From IMG/VR virus record IMGVR_UViG_2606217107_000014: a stretch of 6,289 bases of DNA. The stretch is one strand, 5' to 3'. Under the pieces are notes generated by a model. The model had not been told where the DNA came from, ran no database searches, and saw nothing but the letters and a program-made list of their open reading frames with translations. The DNA comes from a virus (Duplodnaviria > Heunggongvirae > Uroviricota > Caudoviricetes). Shown here in pieces: positions 5,640 to 6,289 of the stretch (the first letter of the stretch is position 1; every line of letters begins with the position of its first letter). The translations under genes and the position numbers were made by a program.

Positions 5640-5660
5640 CGCCAGTGCCCACCACTGGCG
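5640..5660. repeat. Perfect 8-bp inverted repeat with 5-nt spacer (CGCCAGTG-cccac-CACTGGCG)
   Basis: Read directly from the sequence. Not followed by a T-tract on either strand, so not a classical terminator; candidate operator or RNA hairpin. Confidence 0.5.
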
Positions 5661-5716
5661 GGCTGAAGACTTAACATATCCAGGGATTCGGAACCGATAA
5701 ATCCTGATAAATATCC

Positions 5717-6250
5717 ATGAGCGCAAAAATCAGATACGGCCTGTCAGCTGCTGTTCTGGCGCTGATTGCTGCAGGCGCGTCTGCTCCTCAGATACTTGAC
5801 CAGTTTCTGGACGAAAAAGAGGGTAACCACACAACGGCATACCGTGATGGTGCAGGTATCTGGACCATCTGCCGTGGTGCCATCATGGTGGATGGCAAAC
5901 CTGTCGTTCCGGGCATGAAGTTGTCGAAGGAAAAATGCGACCAGGTTAACGCCATTGAGCGTGATAAAGCGCTGGCGTGGGTGGAGAAAAACATCAGAGT
6001 GCCGCTGACCGAACCCCAGAAAGCGGGGATCGCGTCATTCTGTCCGTACAACATTGGTCCCGGTAAGTGTTTCCCGTCGACGTTTTATAAACGAATTAAT
6101 GCAGGCGATCGCAGGGGGGCGTGTGAGGCGATTCGCTGGTGGATTAAGGACGGTGGCAGAGACTGCCGTATTCGCTCAAACAACTGTTACGGTCAGGTAT
6201 CCCGTCGCGACCAGGAGAGTGCGCTGGCGTGCTGGGGAATTGACAGATAA
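5717..6250 (+). CDS. R: SAR endolysin (T4-lysozyme-like muramidase with N-terminal signal-arrest-release segment)
   Basis: 177 aa; N-terminal Gly/Ala-rich weakly hydrophobic segment (GLSAAVLALIAAGASAP) and E35-D44-T50 with the 9/6 spacing of the T4 lysozyme catalytic triad. Same length as the lysozymes I recall from Qin (rrrQ) and 933W. No SD within 12 nt of the ATG. Confidence 0.85.
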   Translation: MSAKIRYGLSAAVLALIAAGASAPQILDQFLDEKEGNHTTAYRDGAGIWTICRGAIMVDGKPVVPGMKLSKEKCDQVNAIERDKALAWVEKNIRVPLTEPQKAGIASFCPYNIGPGKCFPSTFYKRINAGDRRGACEAIRWWIKDGGRDCRIRSNNCYGQVSRRDQESALACWGIDR

Positions 6251-6289
6251 GCAGAATATTTTGCTGAAAAATGCGGTTTGCTCACACGG

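Noticed and set aside
5788-6054. 88-aa minus-strand ORF
   Set aside because: Entirely antisense within the endolysin gene, which has a recognisable catalytic triad and SAR domain.
6271-6289. ATG at 6271 as start of the next gene (Rz or antirepressor expected after R)
   Set aside because: Only 19 nt remain before the window ends; cannot be supported from this sequence.

Overview
This window reads as the late-gene / lysis region of a lambdoid (Stx-phage-like) E. coli prophage, with every gene on the + strand. Order: 3' end of a DNA methyltransferase (runs off the 5' edge), a three-tRNA cluster (anticodons CAT, TCG, TCT; the ileZ-argN-argO arrangement of Stx phages), a ~950 bp non-coding stretch where Stx phages carry stxAB, a 659-aa NanS-p-type sialate O-acetylesterase, two small ORFs, a strong terminator, a phage-21-type pinholin S with dual start, a ~0.75 kb AT-rich insert, and a SAR endolysin R. 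No stx, integrase, transposase or CRISPR is present. The two things most worth a second look are (i) two tandem, diverged copies of a structured RNA module in the stx-equivalent gap, supported by compensatory base changes in a long-range helix and UNCG-capped hairpins, each followed by back-to-back opposite-strand terminators; and (ii) the insert that splits holin from endolysin, carrying a 176-aa ORF coupled to the S stop, a convergent overlapping small ORF and a perfect 8-5-8 palindrome. All family assignments are from reading the translations and recalled knowledge; no database search was run.
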